In this document: positions 1 to 13,900 of the stretch, piece after piece | Layout: each line of letters starts with the position of its first letter | Position numbering within the stretch: position 1 is the stretch's first letter | Origin: Octopus sinensis | Taxonomy: Eukaryota | Reading direction: 5' to 3' | DNA length: 64,000 nt | Assembly (NCBI RefSeq): GCF_006345805.1 | Contig: NC_043020.1 | Span: forward strand, 15,314,001 to 15,378,000 | Position numbers and translations under genes: made by a program | The notes under the pieces: model-generated | What the model was told of the DNA's origin: nothing | Databases searched by the model: none | What the model saw: the letters and a program-made list of their open reading frames with translations, nothing else

Positions 1-207
1 TCCATTATTTCTCAAATCATCTGAAACACAAAGGATTTGGGAATCTTTGAAAAATATTGAAAATAGTGTTGGCACAATTCACATAACCCTTTCAATATGA
101 GTCACATCAAGAATGTGTGTGTGTGTGTGTGTGTGTGTGCGTCCATACACATACACACACATTGTACCAAAAGCTATTCACCAAAACACTTTTTTACTAT
201 GTTTATA

Positions 208-478
208 TGTGTTTGTTCCTTCTCAAGCCACGCCTGGGTCATTAGGGCCGGTTTCCTTGGTGTATAGGTTCCCCACCTGGACGGGACGCTGGTCTGTCAC
301 AGGTGAGCTGCAAGATGCAGGAGGAAAGAGTGAGAGAAAGTTGTGGTGAAAGAGTCAGCAGAAGTTTCACCATTACCTTCTGCCGGAGCCGTGTGGAGCT
401 TAGGTGTTTTGCTCATAAATACACACATTGCCTGGTCTAAGATTCGAACCCACAATCCCTCGACCATGAGTCTGCTGT
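208..478 (-). mobile_element. tRNA-headed SINE, family D
   Basis: Reverse complement of the copy at 5303-5598; 5' end slightly truncated. Confidence 0.8.
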
Positions 479-797
479 GTATGTGTGTGTGTATAATTAC
501 GTAAGAAGCACCATCCGATCGTGGCCGCTGCCAGCTTCCCCTGGCACCTGTGCTGGTGGCACATAAAAAGCACCCACTACACTCACAGAGTGGTTGGCAT
601 TAGGAAGGGCATCCAGCTGTAGAAACACTGCCAGAACAGACTGGGCCTGGCGCAGCATCCTAGCTTCCCAGACCCCAGTTGAACCGTCCAAACTATGCTA
701 GCATGGAAAACGGACGCTAAACGATGATGATGAAGATGATGATGATGATGTATGTAATCTAACTAAATCTAGCTAATTAATGCAATTTTCTTTTCAG

Positions 798-984
798 ATA
801 ATTGTGAGTGGTGCTGCTATTAGTGTGTCAGATGTCTCCCTCTATTCAGCCTGCACACTTCTTTCTGCATCTGTCGAAGATGAAGAGAGAAGAGAAAACA
901 ATGTTAGCCTGGTCTCGGAATGTATCGACTTTCTTAAAGAAAATGAATTTATTTCTGCCCGAAACATCACAAAGGAAGATTCTG
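798..984 (+). CDS. POLQ: POLQ exon (helicase winged-helix region, IIVSGAAISV...YSACTLLSAS)
   Basis: Acceptor ttttcag|ATA and donor TCTG|gtaaaa; phase 0 to 1. Confidence 0.9.
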
Positions 985-2271
985 GTAAAAAGAATAATCA
1001 TGTCTTCTTTACTCTTTTACTCTTTTACTTGTTTCAGTCATTTTGACTGTGGCCATGCTGGAGCACTGCCTTTAGGCGAGCAAATCGACCCTGGGACTTA
1101 GTTTTTGTAAGCCCAGTACTTATTCTATTGGTCTCTTTTGCCGAACCGCTAAGTGACGGGGACGTAAATACACCAGCATCGGTTGTCAAGCAATGCTAGG
1201 GTGACAAACACAGACACACAAACATATAGACACACATACATATATATATATACGACAGATTTCTTTCAGTTTCCGTCTACCAAATCCACTCACAAGGCTT
1301 TGGTTGGCCCGAGGCTTTTGCAGAAGACACTTGCCCAAGATGCCACGCAGTGGGACTGAACCCAGAACCATGTAGTTGGTTAGCAAGCTACTTACCACAC
1401 AGCCACTCCTGTTAAAATTATTCTAGTTTTTTTGTGCTTTCTTTTAACGCTGTTGTATATCTTGGTTTAAGTTATCACATGTATATTCTGGTTTTAGATT
1501 AGATACTCTAATGCCTGCCGAAGTAACCAGGAAGGTTGGCAATTCATAACACACTGGCTCAGAAAAACCACCCAACATAGGCCTCTGTGTGAAAAAGCAA
1601 ATACGAAACATTACTGCTGCTCGTGGTGGCAGTGGTATAGAGGACTCGTAGTAGTAGTAGTAGTAGTTGTAGTTGTAGTAGTAGCAGCAGCAGCAATGAT
1701 AGTAGTTGTACAATATTTTTCATCTATTTACTCTTTTACTTGTTTCAGTCATTTGATTTTGGCCATGCTGCAGCACTGCCTTTAGTCGAACACATCGACT
1801 CCAGGACTTATTCTTTGTAAGCCTAGTACTTATTTTATTGGTCTCTTTTGCCAAACCGCTAAGTTATGGGGATGTAAATACACCAACATTGGTTGTCAAG
1901 CGATGTTGGGGGGGACAAACACAGACACACAAACATATACACACACATACATATATACATATATACGATAGTATTCTTTCAGTTTCCGTCTACAAAATCC
2001 ACTCACAAGGCTTTGGTCAGCCTGAGGCTATAGTGGAAGACACTTGCCCAAGGTGCCACACAGTGGGACTGAACCCAGAACCATGTGGCTGGTAAGCAAG
2101 CTACTTAACACACAGCTGCTCTCACTAGGTCTCAGAGTACATGCAGGAGATCGGAAAATAATACAACTCTTTCCTTCCTGGAAATCAATGAATATCTTTA
2201 AGAAACTGTATACATGTCACATGTAAGGTAATATAGGGCATATAAACTGATAGATAAAAGAGTAAAATGCT

Positions 2272-2303
<32 letters not shown>

Positions 2304-4882
2304 GAGAGAGAGATTCATATTCATATAAGTTCATACATATAGGCATATGTATTAACTATTCATATTATTTGTTGGTGCTGGTTCCACATAAAAAAGTATT
2401 CAGTCCGCTCCATAAAATGGTTGGCCTTTGGAAGGGAATTCAGCCATAAAAGCCATGCCAAAATAGACCTCACCAGCTGGTGCCATGTAAAAACATTCAG
2501 TTCACTCTGTAAGGTGGTTGGTATTAGGAGGGACATCCAACTGTAAAAAACATGTCAAAACAGACCTCGTTGGTGCTGGTGTCATGTGAAAAGCATTCCA
2601 GTTCACTCTGTAGGGTGGTTGGTGTTAGGAAGGGCATCCAGCTGTAAAAACCATGCCAAAACGGACTGTGAAGTCTGGTGCAGTCTTCTGGCTTATTAGC
2701 TCTTGTCAGACTGTCCAACCTTTGCCAGCATGGATAATTCTGCCGAGATCAAATTTGCCTTCCATCCTTTCGGGGTTGATTAAATAAGTACCAGTTACGC
2801 ATTGGGGTCGATATCATTGACTTAATCCGTTTGTCTGTCCTTGTTTGTCCTCTCTGTGTTTAGTCCCTTGTGGGTAGTAAAGAAATAGGATAACAGGCAT
2901 TAAATGACTGAGCAGGCAAATTTTACACGTCAGTCTTGACTAATTCGCCCTGACTCTCAAGGTCAGCCATCATTATAAAATTGGTCTATTTATATTGTTT
3001 TTTTTTCCTATTTTACAGATGGTGCAGAAACAATTGAATCTTGTTTTTTCCCAACAAAACTTGGTTCTGCTGTGTTAGCATCAGCCCTCTCTCCCGATGA
3101 AGGCCTTCATGTGTTCACCGAACTGCAGAGAGCAAGAAGATGTTTTGTCCTTGAGAGTGAGCTTCACATCCTTTACTTGGTGCATATTTTCTCCATTTTA
3201 TATTCTTCCAACTTTTATATATATTTTTAGTTATTGATTCATGGAAGTGAGAAGGGTGTAAAAACTAGCTAAATCTTTATAATTATATAATTGGTGCTCT
3301 CAATTCTATCTGAGGGAAGGGAAAATGCAGTGAGAATAAACATTGAAATATGTTTTTTGGAAGGAGCTACAATTTTAATAATAATAATAATAATAATTGT
3401 GTACAGTGCTCAGGTGCACTACAACTCATCTAAAGTGTATATATAATCAGGTGTAGTTTCGGCGGATTTCGGAAAGCATGAGGGCCTTAAAGGATGCAGT
3501 GTTATGGCAGTCAACAACTGACGCAGGCAGTTTATTCCATGCTTCAGCAACTCTGAGCGTGAAAAAATGTTTTCGAAAGTCATGGGAGCTGTGTTGTTTT
3601 CTGACTTTGTAGGCATGTCCACGTGTGTTGGACACATGGAGATCCTTTGATGTTCGCCAGACCTCAGTCAAATCGTCCAACCCATGCTAATAGGGAAAGC
3701 GGACGTTAAACGATGATGATGATGACGATGATATATGAATGGTCTTTGAATTTAAATAGATTGTATGTATTGTGTTGTTGGTCATGATGATACAGACACA
3801 AAAGTTATAGTATAGAATTTGATGTGTTAGCAGTCTGTGATAATGTGGTTGGTGAGATCATATTGTTAGTAGAAACCATTGCGTTATATTGTAATCTTGG
3901 TCAGTTAATGTGGTGTGTTAGCAATTAGTGATAATATGGACACACTGACCATTCTTATGGATGGTTTGTAATCTAGTTCTCTGTCTTCTCCTTAGGTGAC
4001 TCCTATTTACAATCAAGATATAGCTGCTAACCTTGACTGGTATAACTACTACTGTCTCTGGGAGAAACTAGGCCCGGGTCAGCGCCGTGTGGCTGAACTA
4101 GTTGGAGTGGAAGAAGGTTTTATTGCAAAAGCTATCAGAGGTTACATCCCGGTGAAAACTTCCAAGCAACTACGTACGTTGAATATCCACAAGAGATTCT
4201 ACACCTGTCTATGTCTGAATGATCTAGTACAAGAGATGCCACTCAGTGAAGTTGCTAAGAAATACACTTGCAACAAGGGGCAACTCCAGTCACTCCAGCA
4301 ATCAGCTGCTACATTTGCTGGTAATGTTCTTTATCTTTAAAATGATTATTTCCTTGACTAATTTAATTTTCATTTTATGCCCCTGCCAGCATGAAATTCA
4401 AAAACGCTGTCAACCATTTCCTTATATATATATATATATACCCCATTTCTATAATTAGAAAATCTTTATTGCCTCCTCTCACTTGTTCTTCATTCTCAGA
4501 ACCTTAAAGTAGTTTGGAACAACTGAATCTTAGTCAATCAGTTGATGAGCTCCACTACCTCAAATGTTCTTAAAATTTAAATCCACATCTTTGTCTATGT
4601 ATCTACCTTCTCTATAATATTGCCACTTGATATGAAAATTTTTGTATTAATGGAAAACCTCTATAATTGGCTGATGAGTACTTAGCATTTTAAAACTGTT
4701 GTAATATTTACAACATTTAATAAAATGATGTAGTACGAAACGATTGTACCAAATTACTGGAGTCATTCTTGTTGCTTATTTTGATTATAATCACCCCACG
4801 GATTTTTATGGATAACACCATACAGAATTCTGGTGCATCTAAATTAAGTACCATATTCATTTGAATCTAAATTTTTGCTGAA

Positions 4883-4928
<46 letters not shown>

Positions 4929-7900
4929 ATATATATATATGTATATGTATATATGTTTAGATATGATCCTTAAAGCATAAACCACCTTGGTTAATGTTCC
5001 CCTCCAAACTGAAGGGGTTTTTGTCTTGCAAGTTACTCAGTGACCCTGTTGCTGCTGGTGCCATGTAAAAGCACCTAGTCCACTCTGTAAAGTGGTTGAT
5101 GTTGAGAAATGCATCCAACTGTAGAAACCATGCCAAAAAAAAAAACAAATTGAACCTGGTGCAGCTCTCCAGCTTTCCGGCTCTAGCCAAACCATCCAAC
5201 CCATACAAGCATGGAAAACAGATGATGATGACTAGATATGTGTATTTATATATACATGTATATGTTTATATAATTGTATGTATGTATCTATTGTTGGTAT
5301 GGAAGCACATGGCCTAGTGGTTAAAGCAGTGGACTTGTGGTTGAGGGATCGCGGGTTCGAATCTCAGACTGGGCGATGTATGTGTTTATGAGCGAAACAC
5401 CTAAGCTCAACAAAGCTCCGGCAGAAGGTAATGGTGAACTTCTGCTGACTCTTTCACCACAACTTTCTCTCACTCTTTCCTCCTGCATCTTGCAGCTCAC
5501 CTGTGACGGCATCCCATCCAGGTGGGTAACCTATATGCCAAGGAAACCGGGAAACCGACCCTAATGAGCCAGGCATAGCTCGAGAAGGAACAAACAACAT
5601 CTATTGTTGGTGAATATTGACAAAGGATGTAAACATAAAAGAAAACTGAAGAACAAAAACTAGTTCTTTGTGAACAAAGTTCTTTGAGATGTTTTTAGTG
5701 AATTGAGTTACGGATATTCCTTGTCACGCATCATTAGAAATGCTGGGAAACAGTGATCGCTTCATTGGAATCTTGCAAACAACAATACTATTTTTCACTA
5801 ATTATGTATAATTACTCTAGAATCTGTAAACTCTGATTCTGTGATTTGAATTACTTAAAAACTACAAAATATTTCATGTTAATTTGTCAGGGATGGTCAC
5901 AGTATTCTGTGCTCGCTTAGGATGGACTATGCTTGAAGTTCTTCTCTCCCAGTTTCACAGTCGACTGACGTTTGGTATCCAACCAGAACTATGCGACTTA
6001 GTATGTATTTCATTACTGAATGGCCAACAAGCTAGATTACTGTTCTCTGCTGGTTATACCTCGATTGCTGATCTTGCCACAGCTGATGCCATCCAACTTG
6101 AATTTGTTCTTCACACTGGAACACAATTCCAAAGGTAAATTATTTACTTCAGTAAGTACAACAATTTCTATATCTTTAAGAAGGCGGCGAGCTGGCAGAA
6201 ACGTTAGCACGCCAGGGCGAAATGCGTAGCCGTATTTCGTCTGCTGCTACATTCTGAGTTCAAATTCCGCCGAGGTCGACTTTGCCTTTCATCCTTTTGG
6301 GGTCGATTAAATAAGTACCAGTTACGCACTGGGATTGATATAATCAACTTCATCTGTTTGTCTGTCCTTATTTGTCCTCTCTGTGTTTAGCTCCTTGTGG
6401 GTAGTAAAGAAATAAATTTCTATATCTTTAAAATTAAAATTTCGTTGACTGTAAGTCTTTGGCTGAACACTCTGCTTTTCTTATTGATTTTGAAGTCGAC
6501 GAAGACGATGACCAAATGAGTGATGTTATATACTGTACGTCCTTCAGATCAGCAGTTTTAGTATAAGAAGATCTGTGGAATAAAATGTATGTTAGTTATA
6601 AACAAGTATATGCTGATGTCAAGAAAGTGTTAATTATCACATGGTCACAGTCAAATGACTGAAACAAGTAAGAGAGACAGTTATATATATATGTTTGTGT
6701 GTGTGTGTACACACTAACACACATTGTATCCATATTGAAGATTACATATATGTATATATGTGAGTGTGTGTGTATATATACACACACATTGTATGTGTAT
6801 TTTTACATATAAAATTGCATTCTGTTACTTCATTCTGAGTCCTAGTTAAAAATCAATTTTGATAAGACTTCTGATTTATATATATATGTAATTATTTGTT
6901 TTAGTAATAAACAGACCGAAGATGAAACAGAATGGGAGGCTTTGAAGAGATTACGGAAAAGTCGTTGTATTTGGTTACACGGCTGTCAAGGCATGACTGC
7001 ACAAGAAGCAGCATTAAGAATTATCAAAGAAGCTAAACATATCATTGAAGATGGTCTTGGTGGAGTTGAACTGAAGTGGACTGAGTCTGCATCAGTGCCT
7101 CAGGTCTCTGGCTTAGCACAGACAATCACACAATCCAGAAATGAACCAAATGCATGCAATCTAGAAATGAACTCTAATTCTAATTTATCTGAAAACCCTC
7201 ATTTAACCAATTTTGGGAATCACTTGGTAGATGGTAATAGTCAATCAGTTACTAATCTTTCAGTTAGTAACAGTCATTCAGGTGCTGATTTTTCTGCTTT
7301 GACAATAAACTCTTCAACAAACATATTAGGGAAAATAATTTTAGATTTACAAGAGAAGCAATGTTCTGAAAATCTGAATTCTTCTCAAGAATTTATTCAA
7401 AACAATACCACAGAAAATCACGTATTGAGCACTACTTACAAATCTACAATATCCAAGCCTGAAGTTCATTCTAATGCAAGAACTATTTTCCCAGTCAATA
7501 GCAATGATATATCTGAACCAGACAGCACAAAGAACAAGGACAAAGTTTTTTCAAATGTTGATGATATGGGAAGAGACAGGAACCATCAATTGAATTCTGA
7601 GACAAAACTCTTGCTTCTCAGATCAAGTAGCAGTAAAAAAAACAAAACAGAAAACTTAGAAAAGTTTTCCCAAAATATAACCGAGGTTCATGAGAATGTA
7701 TGTGAGCAATTACTAACTCCTAATGGAGGAGAATTTCATGATCAACTGAAAACTCTAAGTAGAGAGTCACATGTGGAATCCAGTGGTAAATCTAACCAAA
7801 ACAATCCAGAGAATTCAACTGATGTTGATTTCTGTGCAGACATATCGAATTTAGATATTTTTGGCGACAGTTTTGAACTGGACACCCAGATGCTTCAGAT

Positions 7901-10900
7901 TGCTGAGAAAAATGTTAACGAGCAAAAACAAAAAATGATTAGCAATCAAGAAACTTCTCCACTTCTTTTTGCCGAAGATAAACATCCTGAAACTAAAGTC
8001 AGAGTTCAAGGAGATGAATGTGTTCATTTTGGAAAGCAATCATTATTAATGTCTGAAAATGCTAAAGAAATATTTGAAAATTCTTGTTTCACAGTTCAAG
8101 ATAAAGAAAAATCACCGAATTTGGAAATATTTCAGATTTCCAACAGCACCTTTGGAGTATCACATGAACCCAGTTTGTTGTTACCTGCAAGCTGTCATGA
8201 GAGGATTGCCTACGATGAAAATCTGAGTTTTCATAATTCATCAGTTGAGGAAAATGATTTATTTCAGTCTTTTGAAGAGAATGAGGCAAAAAAAGCTTGT
8301 TCATTTGATGGTAATAGATCTGCCAAGGACTATGAAACAAATAAGTATATCAACCAATCTAATGAAGACCTATTTACACCTTTGCCTATTGATATTTTCG
8401 AGAATCAAAATTGTTCTGATAAAACTGAAGATGTATTTGGTGAATCTCTTACTGCAACTTTGATAGAAAAACTTCTTCCAGCTGAAACAAAGAATGCTTT
8501 TGGAAAGAATCATCATTCTGAAATTATAAAAGTAAATGGTATAAATAATAATGCTCCTGCTAATGCATTAGAATCTCAAAAAAATGTGACAAGTAGACCA
8601 TGTCGTAGAAATTTAGATGAGTCTATGATTTCCATTAAAAAACGTAAAAGAAACTCTTCTAACTCTGAAACAAGTTTCTCTGAGGAAAAAAGTGAGGAAG
8701 TCAATCTTATGAATTATGATAACAGCAACAATGATTTTAGTCCATCAACACCTCCAGATCTTTTTTCTTTATCTCTTGATCTTTCATCTGTTAGTACCCC
8801 AACTCTTTTTCGTAGTAAGGATTCTAAAACTATGGAGCTCAGTTCATCTTCAGTATTAAATAAAACTAATAATAATAACGAGACAACTGGCCAAGTTTAC
8901 TCTACAACAAACTCTTCTGCTGCAAAAAGTTTGCATTCAAAGAAAACTATAAATGCAGGCTGCCATTCTAATACAGTTTTAACAACAACAGACCAATTTA
9001 CTAAATGCTTAAAAAAATCCAATATGAACTCTGATTGTTTAAAGCCTATGGAAGTTGATGGAATTGAAAACCTAGAAGAAGTTTTAGATATTGATCAACA
9101 GGCAAATAATAAAGTGGTCCCCTTGTGTGACGCTAGCCAACCATGCTCTCAAGCAGAATTTACCATTATCGATGTTTGTTCCAGTCACAGTCTATTTGAT
9201 ACTTTTATAGCTGAATGGCTTACCAAACAAAAATATGCGCTATCAATTGGTTGTGAAAATCTACCACAAGATGCTGACACAGGAATTGGGGCAAATTTCA
9301 TGCAAGGTAAGAACCCATTGTATTTAGTTGGTGATGAAACATTCAGATTGAGATTTCAATTTAGCTCAACGATGTGCGAGACTTAATTAAATTCTGTGTA
9401 ATATCTTGACCAGCTGAATGTTGTATTTGTCAGTAGACTGTTAAAACAATTATTACAATTTATATTTTTTGACTTGTCCAATAATTTTATTTAGTATTGA
9501 TTCTGAGAACAAAATTTTCTGTTTAAAAGGAGTCCCGTTGAAACATTTGAATGATAAGGATACTCTAAAGTTTGAAGGTTCGCTTGTGGCTGGTTTTGCT
9601 GTATGCTGGAACAAACATGATGCTTATTATGTAGCCTTAACAAAAGACAACTCAATAGGTGAGTCATAAAATTTAAATGAACATTTACTGTTGTTAATTA
9701 CTGAGCTGGAGGAGGCAATGAGATGTCAGAATTGTTAGCTCACTGGAATTTTGTTCATCTTTATGTTCTGAGTTCAAATTATGCGATAGTTGATTTTTTC
9801 CTTCCATCCTTTTAGGGTCAATAAAATAAGTACCAATTGTGGACTGGGGTCAAAGTAATCAACTTATCCCCTTCCCCTGAAATTTCAGACATTGTTCCTA
9901 CAGTGGAAAGGATTATTATTATAAAGGCAGTGAACTGGCAGAATCATTAAGCACATTGAGCAAAATGCTATGCGACATTTTTGTCTGTCTTTACATTCTG
10001 AGTCCAGATTCCGCTGAGGTCAGTTTTGCCTTTCATCATTTCAGAATTGTTAAAATAAGTACTATTTGAACATTGGGGTTGGCGTAAACGACTTACCCTC
10101 TCCCTAGAAATTGCTAGTCTCGTCACTCATTTCGCACTCCCAATATTATCCCTTATCATGTAAAAGGGCACCATTCGAGCATGATCGTTACCAACGTTGC
10201 TTCACTGGCACCTGTGCTGGTAGCACGTGTAAAAAGATTCGAGCGAGGTCATTGCCAGTACCTATTTCTTTACTACCCAGAAGGGGCTAAGCACAGAGAG
10301 GAAAAACAAGGACAGACAAACGGATTAAGTCGATTATATCGACCCCAGTGCGTAACTGGTACTTATTTAATCGACCCCGAAAGGATGAAAGGCTAAGTCG
10401 ACCTCGGCGGAATTTGAACTCAGAACGTAGCGGCAGACGAAATACCGCTAAGCATTTCGCCCAGCGTGCTAAAGTTTCTGCCAGTATCGCCTGACTGGCA
10501 CCCACTACACTCTCGGAGTGGTTGGTGTTAGGAAGGGCATGCAGCTGTAGAAACTCTGCCAGATCAAGATTGGTGCCTGGTGCAGCCATCTGCTTCACCA
10601 GTCCTCAGTCAAAATCGTCCAACCCATGCTAGCATGGAAAGCGGACGTTAAACGATGATGATGATGATGATCACTTTAAAATCTATTCCTTGTCTGTTCT
10701 TAATGTTTGCTGCTCCTGTGCCACAAAGTCTGCTTTCTCTGTTAGTCTTAATGTGATACTATTGAAGCTCTTACCATCATCATCATTGCAAATTAATGTC
10801 AGTTTTTCATGCTGGCATGGGTTGGACTTTTGACTGGAGCTGATATGGTCGTGCGCTGCACCAGGCTCTATTGTCTGTTCTAGCATGGTTTCTACAACTG

Positions 10901-13900
10901 GCTGCCCTTCCTAATGCCAACCACTCCACAGAGTGTACTGGGTGCATTTTATGTGGCGTCAGCACCAGCTTTTTTTAATGTGACAGCTGTATGAATGCTT
11001 TTAATGTGGCACCTGCATCAGTATCAATTTTGTCTTCCTGGGTCTCCCTCTTCCACAAGTTCCATCCACTTTAAGAGGTTGGCACTTTTGTATGCAATTA
11101 TCTACATCCATTTGCATCACATGACCAAACCAACAGTCTCCTCTCTTGCACACTGCATCTTATTCTTATGCTTAACTTTTTCCTCAATACACTATTGCTC
11201 TGTTCATGTGTACACTGACATTACACAGCCAGAAGAGCATGTTGACAAACTACAATATAAATTAATTAATTATTCTATCACTAATTGTTGTTTTTCCTGT
11301 ATTGTTTTATCATACATTATCATACTCTATATTGTTAAGTGAAGGCGCATAGCTCAGTAGTTAGAGCGTCGAGCTTACAATCGTGAGGTTGTGAGTTCGA
11401 ATCCCGGACCGGCTGCATGTTATGTTCTTGAGCAAGACACTTTATTTCACGTTGCTCCAGTTCACTCAGCTGTAGAAATGAGTTGCGACGTCGCAGGTGC
11501 TAAGCTGTATCAGCCCTTTGCCTTTCCCTTGGATAACACTGGTGGCATGGAGAGGGGAGGCCGGTATGCATGGGTGACTACTGGTCTTCCATAAACAACC
11601 TTGTCCGGACTTGTGCCTGGGAGGGTAACTTTCTAGGTGCAATCCCACGGTCAGTCATGACCGAAGGGGGGTCTCAATATTGTTTTATCCTACTCTGTTT
11701 TATCATATTCTGTTTTTGTTTGTTCAAATATTTCAATAGATGAACCTGATGACACCCTTGCACCACCACCAATTGACACAACCATTAGTATTGACGAGAG
11801 ACTGCAGGCACTTAGAAAGATTTTTACTGCACACAGTCATAGTGATATAAAAATTGTAGCCTTTGATGCAAAGGCAACTTACCGTGCTGTAACCACTACT
11901 ACCTCAGTGGCACCCAGATATACCTTCATGGACCCGAAAATTGCTAGTTGGTTGTTAGACCCTGGTGCAAAAGAGTATAACTTTCACCAACTAATCTTCT
12001 CCTATCTGCCATCAGTACAGCATATTCTTGATGGTGAGTTAGTGTTTCTTAATTATTTATTATCTTACTTAATTTAATCCTTTAGCGTTTAAACATTATT
12101 TAATTTCATAATCAGGAACACAACTTTATTCTCTACATATATTATTAAGTTTTCATAATCTCTCTATATATAAATGGCAAAATGTCTGCATGCGTGTCCT
12201 TTATACAAATCCACAATTTTTCAGTTAGAGGGCTTGCACTTTCTATGGTCATTCAAAACCATCTAAGGGTGGTCGTGCACATCTTTACATTTCCCCAGTC
12301 ACCCCGCAAAGACATTAAAAAATCAATAGAAGTGACTTTTTTGTGAATTTTCTATCCAAAACCCAATCAAAATGCCCGAAACTTGATACGCCAATTGAAT
12401 GCCAGCTAGCTGTATGTGATTGGTCAGAGATTTGGAGAGTACTCACGTGTATGTGTGCATGCCCTAGCACTATGACCCGGTGCCGGGTCATAGTGCAAGT
12501 AACTATTTAAATTAGTGGTTCTCAACTGGTTCAGAATTACTGCAAGTTCCTAAGATAAATTCTCAAAGGGTTCAGAATCTGTTGTAGTCTTTCAACCCAT
12601 TTTAAAGCCAACGTGCATATTACAACACTTGCTACATACAACACTGAGACTCTATTCAAAAGACTCTGTTATATTTCTCATTTTCTTTTGTTTCAGATAT
12701 TGGTGGAAATCATGGCCATGGTAGTTTGGGATTGACCCCAACAAATGCCAGCCCTGGGAGACGACGTTGCACTACTGAAGCTGTCTTGATATGGCATCTA
12801 ATGAAACATCTTGAAGAAACTTTGACAGAAGAACAGTTGTATGAACCGTTTATTAATGTTGAGATGCCTCTCATTAACACAATTAGTCGAATGGAGCTGA
12901 ATGGATTTGGTATATTTTTGTTTGTTTTCTCTCCACCATTCTTTTTAGCTATTTATTAAAAGACAATATTTATCTTTATTTTTCTTAATTTTCCTAATCT
13001 TTTCCACTTTGTTGCACTTTGGGGAAAATATCTTCTACTATAGCTTCATCATCATCATCATTTAACGTCCATTTTCCGCGCTAGCATGGGTTGGACGGTT
13101 CAACTGGAGTCTGGGAAGCCAGGAGGCTGCACCAGCTCCAGTCTGATCTAGCAAGGTTTCTACAGCTGGATGCCCTTCCTAACGCCAACCACTCCGTGAG
13201 TGTAGTGGGTGCTTTTTACGTGCCACCGGCACAGGTGCCAGGGGAGTCTGGCAGCGGCCATGATCGGTTGGTGCTTTTAACATGCCACCGGCATGGAAGC
13301 CAGTCAAAGGTCAGCCAAAGCCTAGTTAGTGAAATTTTAGAAGATGAAACTGTGGAAAACACGTTGTAGGTACCATTCCTGTTCTTGGGTAGTAGACTTA
13401 ATCCATCACCCAGAACCTAGTTTAAAACCACCACATGGCCCTTGGGGTGGCTTTAGCAGAGTTTGTTCTGTTATAAGCATTTAGGCTTGGTCTTCATTCT
13501 TAGAACAACTTCCTATTTTCTTCCCACCATTCTCAGCCTGCCTTTCACCTTCTGACTCGGCCATTTAAGTAAAATGAAAAAAACTCTCCACTTTTCTTTA
13601 CTAAACTGTAAATTATTCTCTTCATCTCTAAATTTCTGTCTCCCCAGGATTCAGCACTGAAGAGAGTGAAGTTCAGAAGAATATTATGCAAGCCAAAATC
13701 AGTACTCTTGAAGAAGAAGCTTACAGTCTATCTGGTCATCCATTCAGTTTGTCATCCACAGATGATATTTCAAAGGTATGTGATTTGTTTAAATCAGTAA
13801 TTCTCAACTGGGGTCTATACAACCCCCTAGAGGTCCAAGCAAGCAAAATAGCTAATTGGGGATCTACAGCCAGAGCCGGATTATGACCCATAGAGGCCCT

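Noticed and set aside
1444-1713. 89-aa minus-strand ORF in a POLQ intron
   Set aside because: It starts within a (TAC/TGC)n microsatellite, has no recognisable motif and no splice support.
4665-4715. CTGATGA...AAAACTGTTGTA as a decayed hammerhead
   Set aside because: GAAA is absent and stems are not supported.
11341-11412. Possible tRNA gene (also 5303, 18674, 46212)
   Set aside because: A and B boxes are present but there is no acceptor or anticodon stem, and each continues into a shared SINE body.
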